A stretch of 63,043 nt of DNA, counting the filler, from Bigelowiella natans CCMP2755 (Eukaryota > Protista > Cercozoa): assembly GCA_000320545.1 (NCBI GenBank). It is 5 parts of 5 records of this genome, joined end to end, with 100 filler letters (N's around TTAATTAATTAA, not from the genome) between each part and the next. Parts side by side here need not be neighbours in the genome. Positions count along the whole stretch, not along the records: positions 25,139 to 36,062 come from ADNK01001918.1; positions 36,163 to 41,981 come from ADNK01002934.1; positions 42,082 to 58,756 come from ADNK01001066.1; 2 more parts are not named here. One strand, written 5' to 3'. The translations under genes were made by a program, and so were the position numbers. The notes under the pieces are model-generated. The model saw only the letters and a program-made list of their open reading frames with translations, searched no databases and was not told where the DNA came from. Below are positions 25,780 through 42,148 of the stretch, one piece after another. Position 1 is the stretch's first letter, and each line of letters opens with the position of its first letter.

Positions 25780-28096
25780 GGGTGAGGGTGAGGGGTGGAG
25801 GGGGAGAGGCATGAGCAATGAATGCTTAAGAGAATGGTCGCTGCATGTGTTTACTGTATACAATATACTCGCACCTTGTAATCGTGAAGAAGAAGAAGAA
25901 GAAGAAGAAGTGATGGGAGATAACGATGATGCTGATGTTAAAGCTACTGGAGTTGATGGAGGAACAACGAGACTTCGCGGCGAAATATCAGCTGCTAATA
26001 ACGAATCCTGCTCACCACAAACACAAAGACGCACGCACGCATGCACACAAACACACACACACACACGTTTTCAAAATTTACATAGATATAAGAATAAATA
26101 AAAGATTATACTGAATACACACACCCATACACATAAATTTTCTTAATTGTATCCTTTTGCACACAAACAGGTGCATAGAAGGCCCCATATTCATTTGTGA
26201 CATATTGAAAGCTAGAATTCGTCGTTTCGTAGATCTAATAGAAAGAGTGCGGTTGGGTGATGACACTGAAAACAGTTCGCAACTTCAACTAACATCGTTG
26301 CCAAAAATTATGCCCCTCACATTAGATGTCCCCATCTTTGTGTCCGTTAGCGCAGGGGGGGGAGAAGAGCCTTGGAGAAACGAGAGAATAGCCAGCAAGT
26401 ATTCTGAAATATAGATAATGTGTCGTCATATACATTCCTGCAGCTGTGTGTATGTGTGCGTGTGCGTGTGCGTGTGCGTGTGCCTGAGTGTATATCTGTG
26501 TTTGTTTGTCTTTACAGAGGGAGAGAGAGGGGGGGAGGGAGAGAAAGGCTAGCATATCTCCCCTCGCATGGCCTCATCGTTTCATCAATTCTGCCCCATC
26601 AATTTTCATCGTCATGCTCATCGATATCCGTCATCGTGCTGATAATAGACTGTCACAACCCAAAAGAAGGGGAGAAGGGAAACTATGAAAACCTTGTCCG
26701 AATGACGCACATTCGCCTCCTTTGCGCAACGACGAAGAAGCGTCATCACCAAACACGATGACAATCGCGCTCACCGCAAGAATGGCTGCTGCGAGCCACC
26801 TGTGTCCATGCAAAAGAGAGGAGGACCAAGTTCAAAATTTGACGTGTTTCAGCTAAAAGCTATTAGCGCTCACATACCTTCCTGTCGTGAAGCCAAGATG
26901 CAGAACAAGCGCCTACGTTGTAGAAAATAATAACAACCGAACATCAGCATCGTATTTGCCTTGCAATGGTGGGGACATCGAGCGGCGGCTTCAAAGACAC
27001 GCATACAGGTGAAAGACTAAAACAAATGAAAAAAAAACTGATGATGTTTGGGAGTGGAATGATTGCGAGCTCATGTTCCATCGAATCGGCATCATCGTCG
27101 TCGTTGTTGTTTTCGTCTACGACTACTCCTACTACTACAGTACTACTGCAAATGTCTATGTGAAAGAGCTGTGACCATAAATACGCATGCTGATAACCGC
27201 GCTTGGGTCTTTTTTGCACGATGGAGAGACTGGTACTGACGTCGTAACCTTATGTATAAGTGAATGTATATATTTAATGTGTAAACAAATACAGTATCCG
27301 CATACGCACACAAAAATCATCGTCATCACGTCACTGCTGCTAATGCTACTACTACTGACCCAATGCTTTCATTCCTCAAGTTTGCGATCGAAGAACGTTG
27401 GACATTGAAAGAGCTGTTCAACGCCGAGAAGGACGCTGCGTGGTGATGTGCGCCACTTGCATCACGCCATTGCCTCGGGCGATGGTGTTGATCATCGGCA
27501 TCATCGAAGCTTTTGGATTTCCTAATCCCTTTGTTCGACGCATTCAGCAGGAGCACGCAACACACAAATCAGAGGGGGGGGGGGGGGGGGGCATTACTCA
27601 ATCACACAACGACGCCGCAGATAGAACCCCTCCCCCAACACGACAACGACAACATCCCACACACAGAATGACTATCCTAATGAGAATACGAGTCAGTTAG
27701 GGAGGAAATCACGCTACGTAAGGAAGGGGGCACGATTGGCTGTGAAGAAGTAGTAAACAACATACTTGGGCTGCCTCGTGCATCTATTCCATCATCGAGC
27801 ACTCCACTGTTCTTGGCTTGTCCTCGCTGCAACAACGAATCACCACGGAGCGTCGTTTCTGAGGAGGAGAGGCAAACAGCAAGGGGAGTGATAACGACGC
27901 CTCAATCATCGAAAATTCCCTGCAATAGCTCTCACTGCACGGAAACGATGCAGATGTTTCAAGCACCATATCATATTAAGATAAGGTAGGAGAAATAGAC
28001 GAGTAGGCTGTGAATCATGTTCAAAAGATGAGTGAACAGAAGGTGTTTCTCTCGTTCTCTCTCTTTCTCCCTCTTCCCCCCCCCCCCACCCCCCCA

Positions 28097-28139
<43 letters not shown>

Positions 28140-28260
28140 ATCTCTATCTCATCACCCAGGGACTTTTGAGAGGCCTCGATCTCCACTCTCCTCCTTGACG
28201 TTTCTGAGTAATCTGATGACGTCACAGTACCTAGTAGTAGTGGGAGACAGCGTCTTATGT

Positions 28261-28298
<38 letters not shown>

Positions 28299-28501
28299 TA
28301 TATATGAATGTGCACATCTTTCCCCCTCCTCTCCTTCCCCCCCCCCTCAACAGCTCAAAGGACGTGGATGACATTTGCATTTATTCATTATTGATAGTTT
28401 CAAATATACCGTTGTCTGTGGAGGGAGTCGAGGCTCCTGGCCGTGCTTTGAGGACATTATAGAAGAGATAGTCGTCCTGATGAATACACATATAAACACA
28501 C

Positions 28502-28540
<39 letters not shown>

Positions 28541-28730
28541 AAGATAGGAAAAGTATATACACAACACTCCGCATCATATCAGTTCTAAAATAAGGAAAAA
28601 TAAATGTCAAGAACGTTAAGTTGCCCCTCCACTCTCCCCTCCCCCCCTCCCATCGCTTTCCGTGAGGGATGACTACCTTGAACAAATGGTCGTTCGCTAC
28701 ATGGCGAATTAACCCTTCAGAGAGCAGCAA
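25195..28730 (-). CDS. Uncharacterised multi-exon gene(s) with microsatellite-rich introns
   Basis: Short open minus-strand segments between microsatellites (e.g. KALREIFARWFLTTGLDPCPFQ and HRWLAAAILAVSAIVIVFG). No recognisable domain. Confidence 0.3.
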
Positions 28731-29193
28731 ATTTCCCAGCCGAACCTATGTAACATAAAGCACAAATGCGTAAGTAAAGAGGACTTCTTAGTCGACGTGA
28801 TTGTACCGCATCTATTCGTGTTTCAGCGATGTTTCTTGCCACCATAAAGTCCACGGCCTTCTGACCTATAAATGGAACATTATTAGTAACAATGAAGCAT
28901 TATTAGATTACGCGCCTCAAAGATCCTGCGATGTTATTTGCTGCTACTTTACTCGGATACCATGTAAGTTTGCTCGTCTACGATGCGTGATGGCATTTGC
29001 GTTATGAGTGATGTGAGCTAAGCAAAGGGTGCTAACTACCAATGAAGGCGTTTCTGTAGGATTTGAAACGGTAGCGGAGGCGGCGGGCAACTACATTATC
29101 CTGTTCCAACACAATAGGATATCAACTATATTCAATATTATACATATACATATACACACATATGTAAATATAAATAAATAAATAAATATAAAT

Positions 29194-29267
<74 letters not shown>

Positions 29268-29679
29268 AGAGGTGGTACATATTCCCCCCTTCCCCCTTTG
29301 GTGTTTCTAAACTAGATTCAACCTCAAGAATCTCTACAAGCTCCGCAAGATACGAGTAGTAGTTCTATCGCGAATACCAACAATTGCACGACGTCATAAA
29401 GGAGTTGGAGGAGGGAAGCGAAACGTAACTGAATCTAACGTACAGATGCTCAACCGCAGCTCGCAACTAAATGAGTATCACACAACTATGCGGCAGAGCA
29501 TTATGCGAAGGTGTTTTCCACGGCAATAGGTGTGGTTTGGAGCTATCCTCCGGATGTGCTTAATGAGAAGCAAGCACACCCTCCCCCCCACACACACACA
29601 TACACACACATACACATACACTGACTACTCAAGGAAGATGCATACACTTAACACACACACACGCGCGCGCGCACCCGTA

Positions 29680-29722
<43 letters not shown>

Positions 29723-29730
29723 CACACACA

Positions 29731-29770
<40 letters not shown>

Positions 29771-29829
29771 CACACAAACACAAATATAGACCGGTTGGAG
29801 GATTAGATCAAGCAAAGGACCACGATTGA

Positions 29830-31150
29830 GTCGGGACTTGCGGTCAAGCATGAGCTTCAGCTCTTTTTCCACTGCATACTCCTGTTTAAGTGTGCATCCG
29901 TAAATACTACAATTACGATAACACTGAAGAGCAGACATGCGAACTTTTGAGGAACTAATAGAGTTGATGCAATCTACCCCGCATTGGAAAATCTCTTCGT
30001 TTCAGTTGCCGAATATAAAATGCACACAACCTGCTGCTTAATGCTGCCGCTCAGTGGATTTTTCGCATTCTTTCTGTATCTCTTCGAGTTTCGGTCGATG
30101 GCGTCAGCACTTACGATCCCCAACCCTATTCTGGCGGAGTTCTTCTTGTCTTGCAACGAAGCGTTTATCTGCGTTGATTCCTCCGCGATGGTGTCGCGGG
30201 ATTTCTTTTGCAACGGTTCCATCAGGCTACTCGTTAGCTTCTTCGATTAATTGCACTGCGAAAAAATATTGCACTAGTTTCGTGAGGAAATCAAACGAGT
30301 GGGGGCGGAACACAGAAGATAATTGTTGTCGACGTCACCAGGTGTTGTGAGGAGAATCGAGCATGAAGCGGTCATGGTCCAACAAGAGTGACACCCTGTC
30401 CTGAGCACAATCCTTGTCAACTGAACATCTCTGCGCTCATGTCTTGCACACAACATCATTAAACGTGTCTTCAGTGGGGGGGGGGGGATGTGCAAGGGTG
30501 CATCAAGTAGGACCCACAATTCAACCTTGTGAATCTGGAAGACGAACATTGCTTTCAGATTGGCTTTCAGATCATGGAAATCACAGAAACACATGGCATT
30601 TCTGCAGATGATTCTGCATTTGGGCTGAAATGAACTGAATCGGAGGAGATTTAGGACACATGGTGTTCCATCAAAGTCTCATTTCTTTCTGAACTTGGTG
30701 GGCCGTTCGAATGCAGATTTCATGATGACTCAAAGATGGGCCGTTTCTTGACGGCGATTATCCCAATCACTTGTCGTTTTGTTTTTCTGGAGTGTTGTGC
30801 AAGAAGTCGCATTGTGAGTCTCAGCTTCAACTTGGAGCTTTTTGAAGTGTGTCGCTGACCTGTGTTTTGGCTTGCAATGATTGATTCCTGCAGATTCCAA
30901 AGTGTGCTTGTGAGCTTGTGAGCAATCAAGAAATGGAATGCCTGTCTGAGAGAGCTTGAAGCATGTCGCTAAGGAACAACGCCTTGTATTTTGGCCTTGC
31001 ATTGATTTCTGCAGATTCCACGCTGCAAGTCGTTGGTATTGCCTTACTTGGGTGTTTTGGTCGAGCACCGTAACAACACTGGGGGAAATCTCCTGTGGAT
31101 TGATCTTGCGACAACCATTTAGAGCTGATAATTGTCAGAATCGCCACGCG
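29830..31150 (-). pseudogene. Broken, TpA-depleted gene or TE relic
   Basis: Fragmented minus-strand ORFs in shifting frames, with an internal repeat ESAEINARPKYKA / ESAGINHCKPKHRS. Only 4 TA dinucleotides in 30322-30969. Confidence 0.45.
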
Positions 31151-31432
31151 TTTTGCTCAACATAGCACTCTCTTCCTTCACACTTCGTACCCAGGTCAAC
31201 GCCGCCCCCTGTTTGAATCCTTGCTCGTGCAAGCCTTCGCTTTCTACTTGGTTCGAGTGGAGGTGTTTCTGGGGAGGCAGATTGAATGGAGAGTGAAAGC
31301 GTTGCATGGCCTTCCGAAAGAGTTTGGCAGTTGTTTCCTGCGGGGAGAGATTTTGTAAGAGTGCGGCTTTCATTTCACTCTCTGACCGCCTTTTCTCCCT
31401 CCCCATTCTCAACATTAGGCTCATTAAACTCA

Positions 31433-33489
31433 ATGCGTGTATTGGTCTCCGTTGTCTTACCGGCGATCCTTGCCTCTGCAGCTTGGGGACCGCCCCCTGC
31501 ATCGGATGGCATCGCTGAAGCTCTTGCGAAGATCAAAGGCCAGCCTATTCCTCAAGGAAGAGCTGTAACCCAAGGAAACACCCCACAGGTAACTGCTACC
31601 GTCGCTACGGCCCCTCTCCCTGCTACTCCTTCTGTAACATCTGCTATTGAAGAAGACTCAGCAGAAAGTACCCACGACTCTCTCCATCCAATCGGCGATG
31701 ATGCGGCAGTGGGAGCCTCTTCCAAGCCAGCAGCACTAGAGGTATCCGAAGAAGAGAAGATTCCTTCGGTCGAAGCAGCTCCAGGATTCGACATGAACGC
31801 TGGTTCTTCTACGATGAACGGTGAAGAGCAGCAAGGCGACAATAGCCAGGCAGCTGTAGCTTCAGCTGCTGCAGGCGCTGATGGAATCAACCCAGGCTTC
31901 TCGTACCTTGGCGCATCTTGCGGCTCCTCCAACTTGTCCGCCACAGTTTTCGCCTCAGAGTTCTTCTTTCAAGCTGTCAACTACAATGGGAAGGATGCGG
32001 AGGGGGTGGAGCCGCGTACTCTCGTAAATGCGTGCATGAAGAAGTGCGAGGTGGCTCAGACCAAAGACACGCAGCTTCCTTGCACCGGTGTCCACTTCGA
32101 CGAGGAGGGGAACTGCAAGCTTCACTTCATGGAGATGGATGTTGCTGCCTCTAGCGTCAGCTTTCTGAGTGCCAACAAGCCGTATGGTTGCTACCGCCGT
32201 GCTGATGTTCCCAGCTTCCAAACGTAATGTGGAATCTAGCATAGCGTTTCAAGTGGACGAAACAGAGAGAGAGTCGAAGTGTTTCATGATATGATGCGAT
32301 TGGCATTGAAAAAGGCCAATTTAGAGGGGGGGAGGGGATTTTCTGCGTCATTTGTTGAATTATTTGATTGATATGTTTATTCATTTGTTTTCGATTTTAT
32401 CGTGCATGATAAATCTGTAGTCCTGGGTACGCGCTCATCGGTGCTGCGGCATGCGAAAGCAGCTACAAGAAGCTATATGCAACTGTGGCGACCGAATTCA
32501 ATGCTCCATGGTCTCCTGTCGATATGATGTCCTACTGCTCCAAGATTTGCGACAGAAACCAAGACTGTGTGGGATTTACGGTACCACGACGCTTCTTCTT
32601 CCAAACATGTAGAAGAGATATCCGAAATTGTTACGCGCTGGCATCTTTGCAACGATTCCCCCTCCTGTCAATCTAGAGCACCATATTCTTAACTGACCTT
32701 TTTTTATCCGTGCATTTTCGCCTTTTGTGATTATCGTCTAGGCTTCTGAGACGTGCAAGGTGCTAATGGGCAGCATGCGCTCCGCGCCCAGCGAAATGGA
32801 AAAGACCTACCTCCAAAGTATGATTCTCCTCTCTCCAGCGAATCTTTCGAGTTTCAATATGAATCTTCTCTTTCTTCCCGACGTCGTTATCACCACTAAC
32901 GCCTTTTCAAACGAAAGCTCACCCTCCCCCCCCCCACCCCTAACCACTTACAGAGCCATTTGGCTGTTATCGAAAGCTTGGTGAGGGAGAAGAAGTGCTG
33001 GCTGAGGCTGAAGAGGCAGCACCGGAAGATCCCAAAGAAGAAGTAGAAGAAGTAGAAGAAGCAGCCGTTGGCTCTCCAGGCCCAACTCAAGCCGAGGCAG
33101 CTGCAGTAGGACGCATAGACATTGGGAAGGAAGAGAGTGCTACTGTAGGTGTGGAGGAGGTGGCCAAGCCAGAATCATCTGCGGTTGAAACGACGGCCGA
33201 GGCTCAACAAGAAGAAGTAGGAGAAGAGACTTCTGTTCATGCAACGACCTCTACCGAAGATTTGGAAGCTCAGAAACCAAATGAGTCAATAACTCCAACA
33301 TCTGCTATTGAAGAGCACGAAGAGGCTCAGGAGGCCTCCGCTACTACTGCTGCTACCGAAAATGATACCGCTACTAACGATGCAGCTGAGGAAACGACGA
33401 AAGAAGTTGTGAATTTAGAGGAGGTGCCAGCGAAGACAACCCCTGCAGCAATAAGTGACATCTATCCGAACGTGCAGGCACTCTTTTAA
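31433..33489 (+). CDS. Secreted acidic/Ala-rich protein with PAN/apple-like Cys domains (multi-exon)
   Basis: Signal peptide MRVLVSVVLPAILASAAWG. Cys modules ACMKKC...CTGVHF..GNCKL and YCSKICDRNQDCVGFT. Glu-rich final exon ends at 33489. Confidence 0.65.
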
Positions 33490-34819
33490 GCTAGTCAACA
33501 CTGGTGGTGCTGTATGCGGGTGATGGACTGCTACAATTCAATAGATTGATCAGAGTGCGAGGCGGCATTTAGGGTGAAATTTATCATGGCGCTTACCTTG
33601 TTGATGTCTTTATTTTAGCATTGTATCGTAGCGAGCATCAACAAAAAGAATAGCGCGCTGAGGGATGGCCGGAACGTTTTGAAGCAGCGTTTTAGATTGT
33701 GCAAGTTTTTTGGCGCAACGCATAGCTAGCTAGCTAGCGTAGCCGCGATGCGTTTATGCAAATCCAGACATCCTAGCATGCCTAGCTAGATGCGCACGCA
33801 GACGCACATTTCTAGATCCAACAAATCTGCGTCTATAGCTAGCTAGCTAGCTAACTCTCATCGATGCATCATCATCTGCTAGCTAGCTAGCTTTGGGGCT
33901 AATCTAGTAATGTGATCATGCCATGGCATGCTGTCATGCACTACACATAGCTAGATAGTCATTGCTAGATTGTCGACGACCATCATCACACAACTTAATC
34001 ACGTACTGGACAAGCTACACTAGTATATTGTGAGCGGAGAAGAAAATGATGGGAAAGTTGAGCAAAAATCCCTTCTAGCCTTGCTACATGGCTTGATGAA
34101 GGCAGGGAATGCTGGAATGGTTTGAAGCTCACATCACATGATCATGCTGACATGCGCTAGCTAGCTAGCTAGCTAGCATGGTCTAGATGTGGTGCTCCTT
34201 TTTTTTTCAAAACTAAAATTTGACAAGCAAATTGTTGTTCAATTGAACTCATTCTTTGTTGGTTCCAGCACGCTGTGCATGCTCAAACACTTTGCTACAT
34301 CTTCTAGATTTTTCAGATCCACTTCTGCATTTTTGACAGCTTGTTTTAGCTTTTTCTCGACCCTCTTGATCTGGTTTAGAACATGATTCGGGCCCACACA
34401 CACGCGCGCGCGCACACACACACTCGCACATACAGACATCTCTGGAACTAGACGTAATGCATCTATCATCAGGGGCTAGCTAGCTAGATCGCGACAGAGC
34501 TGGCTCGTGTCTTTGACACCCCTTCAAGATAGGCGTCGTATGCGGGCGCTGAGGGACAAGTCTCATGCGCACAAGCAATTGTTGCTGGTGGACGGAGTAG
34601 CACAGCCTCGAAACGCCGCGGCAAACCAACCTGGTGACAGAATCAAACTCAGAGTCAAATGAAAACCAAATCAAAGAGAACTAAATGATGATGCTCATAA
34701 AGATGAGTTCTGTCTATGGCATCAGCGAAACGAACGTTGTCTCTTCTGAATCAAGATCATCGAACAAATCATCAAATCGGCTTCGAAAATTTGTTTTTCC
34801 ACATCAAACTATCGTTCTT

Positions 34820-37760
<2,941 letters not shown>

Positions 37761-37885
37761 GATGCACAGGGGATTTTTTAAAAATAAACGTTTAAAATTG
37801 ATGTCGCAGAATCAAAACGCCAGTGATTTCCTAGGATTTCCACTTTATTGCGTTGCCTCGAGTTATCCGACGAGAAAGGAAGGAG

Positions 37886-39385
37886 ATGAGGAGCGGAGAG
37901 GAGGAGGGCGGAGAAGGGGGTGGGGTATTCGAATTAGATTCGAAGCATACTATTGCGATACAGGTTACCAATGCTCGCCGTCGCCACCCCCCGTCGTTGA
38001 CCTCCTCATCGATGTTGTCTCGTTGTCAGTTTTTTTCGTTCGGATACCGCTTTGGGCAGCCGAAGGACACGGTGTTCAACTTTAATGCTCGCAAGCTAAA
38101 AAATCCCGGAAAGTAAGGAGAAACCGAAAAATGTTCGAAAGAAGAGGGGAATGAATCTGTGGACCTACCTCTTGTATTTATCTGCATGAAGAGCACATCA
38201 AACGTGGCACCAGCTAAACCTGTCCTTCAATTTCATCAAAGCCAGCCTTCTGAGGATTGCACGCACACGTTAGGTGTAGTGTTGGAAGGACAGGCTTGAG
38301 CGCTAGACTTCGAAAAGAAGTACATACACGCACGACACAATACAGTACAAATTCTCCTTAGCAAGCAACACTGAGCATTCTCCAGAGTTTCATGGTACGA
38401 GTCTGCATTAAAACGCGAAATGTACTTGGATGCTAAAAATTCAGGTGCTTGCACTTCCGGGAGCGAAGGAGCTGTGTGGTCAAATTGTTGAAAGATCGAA
38501 GAACGAGGTTTGTAGTTACAATGGTGGTGACAGTGGTCGATGCATTGAGGGGGCATTGCCATTATGTTCATATCTAGAATTGCCGATAACCATGCACCAT
38601 CAACGTAGCTTAAGACAAACTCAAACAACAATGCCAAAAGAAATCAATTGCGGAACTTGATCGTTGTCGGCCGACTTTTTCATCCATATCTAATTTCTGG
38701 CTCTGATGTTCTCTTTTTGGACTCTTATTCGAAAACACCGAATACTAAATTATCTAACCAATCCCCCAACTAACAATTTCTCCGTATCATCCCTCGAGGT
38801 GCTCCTCCGCAAGCGACTGATGTCCAAAAAAAGTAGCACAGAGGTTGATAGGAAACAGGAGGAGGAGGTGGTGGTGGACGGGGAGGGGGGTGATGAAACA
38901 GAATCGAGAGAGAAAGCAAATGCAGAGGCCCCAGAAGTAGCAGAAAATGGGCACAACGTCGTAAAGATAGGCGTGGGATGCGAAATCGGCCGTCACCGCT
39001 CAGTTTCCTTGGTATATCGGAGATGATAAAAAAAACGAGGAGTGGTGGGGGTAAAATATAAATTTTTGAAATATTCTGATGATTCGACATAAACTAAACG
39101 CTTCTCTGAATCGTCACGGGCTGGGGGCAGTCAACAAGCAGTAGGACCGACATTAACACTCTTCACCAATGTATAGGTGGTGGAGGCGGCCAAGCTACTC
39201 CGGAAAGAAGGGATCGTTGTATTGGAACCTATTCATCGGGTACGGAAGACTAAAAATATCTAATCGGAGAAAGAAAATAATTGCATGTCTGTGTTTACTA
39301 GGACATTGAGGCAAATAAATCCTCAGCATCTAAGAACGCACGCGGAAAGCGGAGAGGTGGGAAAGGCAAATTCCATGAGAGATGA
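37886..39385 (+). CDS. Stand-alone RapZ C-terminal-domain-like protein (multi-exon; start approximate)
   Basis: Spliced product reads HTIAIQ-FFSFGYRFGQPKDTVFNFNARKLKNPG-NVGRTGLSARLRKE-VLALPGA...VKIGVGCEIGRHRSVSL-VVEAAKLLRKEGIVVLEPIHR-DIE. This matches RapZ-C (SFG.K.G.P..FD.R.L.NP; TG; IGC.GG.HRSV; HRD). Confidence 0.75.
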
Positions 39386-40646
39386 TGGCTCCGTGTGTTC
39401 TCCTGGCCGAAGGCGCTTCGATGAAGGACTAAACGGAAGGGGGTGGGATCCATGTGGTGGACACATATCTTTTGGATGCTCATTGCCTTGGGAAAGACGT
39501 ACATCTTTCGTCGCGTCATCTGCTATCATTACAGTGATAATGGTCTAGAGGTGCAGTGTAGCTGCTGCTACTGAGCCTACGATTGACTAACAACACATGC
39601 AAGGCTGCAGACACTCATTTGCTGTGGTCTGTGCAACATCTTCTGGAGCCTAGATCACGTCTCCAGCTAGATCTGTTGCACATCTGCATCGTCCCAAGTG
39701 GCACGATCCATCCACGCTACCTAGCTACGTGCGGTGAAGGAAAGCTAGAAAGGCACTTGGCGGCGAGCTGTTACACACTGTCATTTGTCGCGGGCATTCA
39801 GTGTCTAGAGTGTGCCTAAATGCGATGCAAAATTGATTTCATTACGGTGGCGGCATGCATGCATGGGAGTCGCGGTTGCATGCGTGATCGAGTGGCGATG
39901 CACCATCTAGCCATGCCAGCATGTCACAGCTTGCTAGCTTGCAGCACAACTGAACAAAGCGAACGCGCAAAATTTTTGCTGCCTCACGCACCATTCTGGC
40001 ATTCTCAAGCTAGCAAGCTAACTAGCTAGCTAGCACCAAGACAACTAGAACTGCACAGCTAGACAGCTGCATGCATGCACGTCTGGACGTGTCAATTGCT
40101 AGATTGGTGCATGCTTTCAACACCTGCGCATGCTAGCATGCTAGCATGGCTAGATGGCATGCAGTGACAATCAGTGGAACAGCTTTCGGCGGGCGCCAGT
40201 CAACCTTTTCCACTGAAGACTGTGTGAGATGCTCGGACTTGCTTGTCACACTGTGAACACACAACGTCGTTGAACGTGCATGCAGGCATGCCAGCATGGC
40301 TGACGTCGACAACACAGTTTCCCAGCTAGCCAGTCTCGAGATTCCCAGTCGCGAAGCATTTGAAGACGCTCAAACAGTGACTCAATTGCGCTTCGATCAG
40401 TGTTGCTCACGGGAAAGAGTCCGGGGTGACCCACTGAACGAACAGGGCAGCAGCCCATCCAGGTTCGTTTCGGGGGGGGGAAAGTTTTCATTCTAGTCAT
40501 TGCATAGTCGATCGTTTGTCGTAGCAATCAAATCCCATCGATTTAGAGACAAAACTGAACAGAATAAAACTCGGAAGGGAATAGCCTGCTGGGTCCAGGA
40601 AGGGGGCACGTCGCCTGGGTTGAATCAGCACCCGAGCCACTTCCCG

Positions 40647-41473
40647 ATGAAGAACATCGTCCGCAAGCGTGGAAGTCGACGACCCAATCGCTGTGGTGGC
40701 AAATTTAACCGTCCGGACGGCGGTCGGGGCAGGGGGAAAAGGTGGGCTTGCTTTCAACTCCTTCATGCACTCGTCATCGCAGTTCGGCTCCTCAATCTTC
40801 CTTTCTGTTCCTTGAATATGGAAATTTCAGACGGGGTCGTGGAAGGGGGAGGGGACGAGGACGGGGGCGAAGAAACGAGGGCGATGCAAAAGATGAGAGT
40901 GGCGCTGGTCGCAGCAAGCCGGCTTCGCAGCCAGCATTGAAGAGCTCTTTAAAAGGAGGGCTCGAAGTCGTTTTCACGGGAGATTCAAGGCCGAAGCCGA
41001 AGCCGAAACCTGTCGAAATTGAGGTTTGCTAGAGTCCTCTATGTACTTTGAATATATACGATGTCTCCCCTTGCAGGGAGGGGGAATACAGTGATAGAGC
41101 TCAGGCTTACAACAGTGCGCTTTGCCTTTTGGACGATTTCATCCCCATAAAGGAGGCCTGATCTCATATCTTAGCGGTATTCGGCACTAATTGTAGGTAA
41201 AGGAAACGATCACCCTCTCCCAGGATAACAGGAATATCATTAAGGACATCATCCTCGACGATGTACGTGAGGAACCTCCTCCTCACCATGTCCTATCTCA
41301 CCAAAATATATGTGTATAATGAACGGCGGTTGATCTGCCTATGATATTGAATGTCGATGCTCTATGAGAGAATACACGCTACTCGGGAGAACCAACGTGT
41401 ACTACGATATAGAAGCGTCTACTGATGACGTTCGCACGTCTGAATCGATTTTTTGATAGCACACACATGTAAA

Positions 41474-41521
<48 letters not shown>

Positions 41522-41742
41522 GTGCGCATAAAATTGTGTTGGCGGTGTTTTATAGGCTCTTCCAGCAACGGCCTCGCCATTCGAATCGGCAGAACAAGCT
41601 GTTGACAAAGGCGGCCGCCCAGTTGTGACCGCTAGAGACCGGAGTCGGGCCGCCGTCGAGCAAAGACAGCTCAAAATCCTAAGAAAACGCGAAGTTCGCT
41701 CCTGGCTTGAGTCGTTTGGATTCCGAGAGGACGATGCCAACG
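40647..41742 (+). CDS. 5' exons of an RG-rich protein with a UBA-like segment, truncated by the gap
   Basis: Exons read MKNIVRKRGSRR..GGRGRGK, RGRGRGRG, VKETITLSQDNRNIIKDIIL and VRSWLESFGFREDDA. Possibly the N-terminus of a DExH helicase (inference). Confidence 0.4.
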
Positions 41743-41981
41743 TTTGTGAATATTATTGAATAGATAAGTACAGCTGCTGTTGTTGTTGGTGATGATGATG
41801 ATAGTGGTGATGGTAATGATAAGAGCACCTCCTCTAAGCCTTACCTCTGGACAACTCCAGGATTGCATATATATAATGTTTTATGAGATCATCCATTCAC
41901 GTTGTTGCTGCTATGCTCAGCTTGCTATCAAGCACCACCCACCCGATAAAGGCTCTACAGACCGAGAGTAATCCTCAGCCG

Positions 41982-42081
41982 NNNNNNNNNNNNNNNNNNN
42001 NNNNNNNNNNNNNNNNNNNNNNNNNTTAATTAATTAANNNNNNNNNNNNNNNNNNNNNNNNNNNNNNNNNNNNNNNNNNNN
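41982..42081. other. Assembly gap linker
   Basis: 44N-TTAATTAATTAA-44N; the exons on either side belong to different genes. Confidence 0.97.
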
Positions 42082-42105
42082 GGGGGGGGGGAGAGAGAGA
42101 TGCGA

Positions 42106-42142
<37 letters not shown>

Positions 42143-42148
42143 GCGACA

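Noticed and set aside
29530-29938. His-Thr / Cys-Val repeat ORFs (and similar YI, ER and SL repeat ORFs across the window)
   Set aside because: Translations of intronic or intergenic (CA)n, (TA)n and (GA)n microsatellites.
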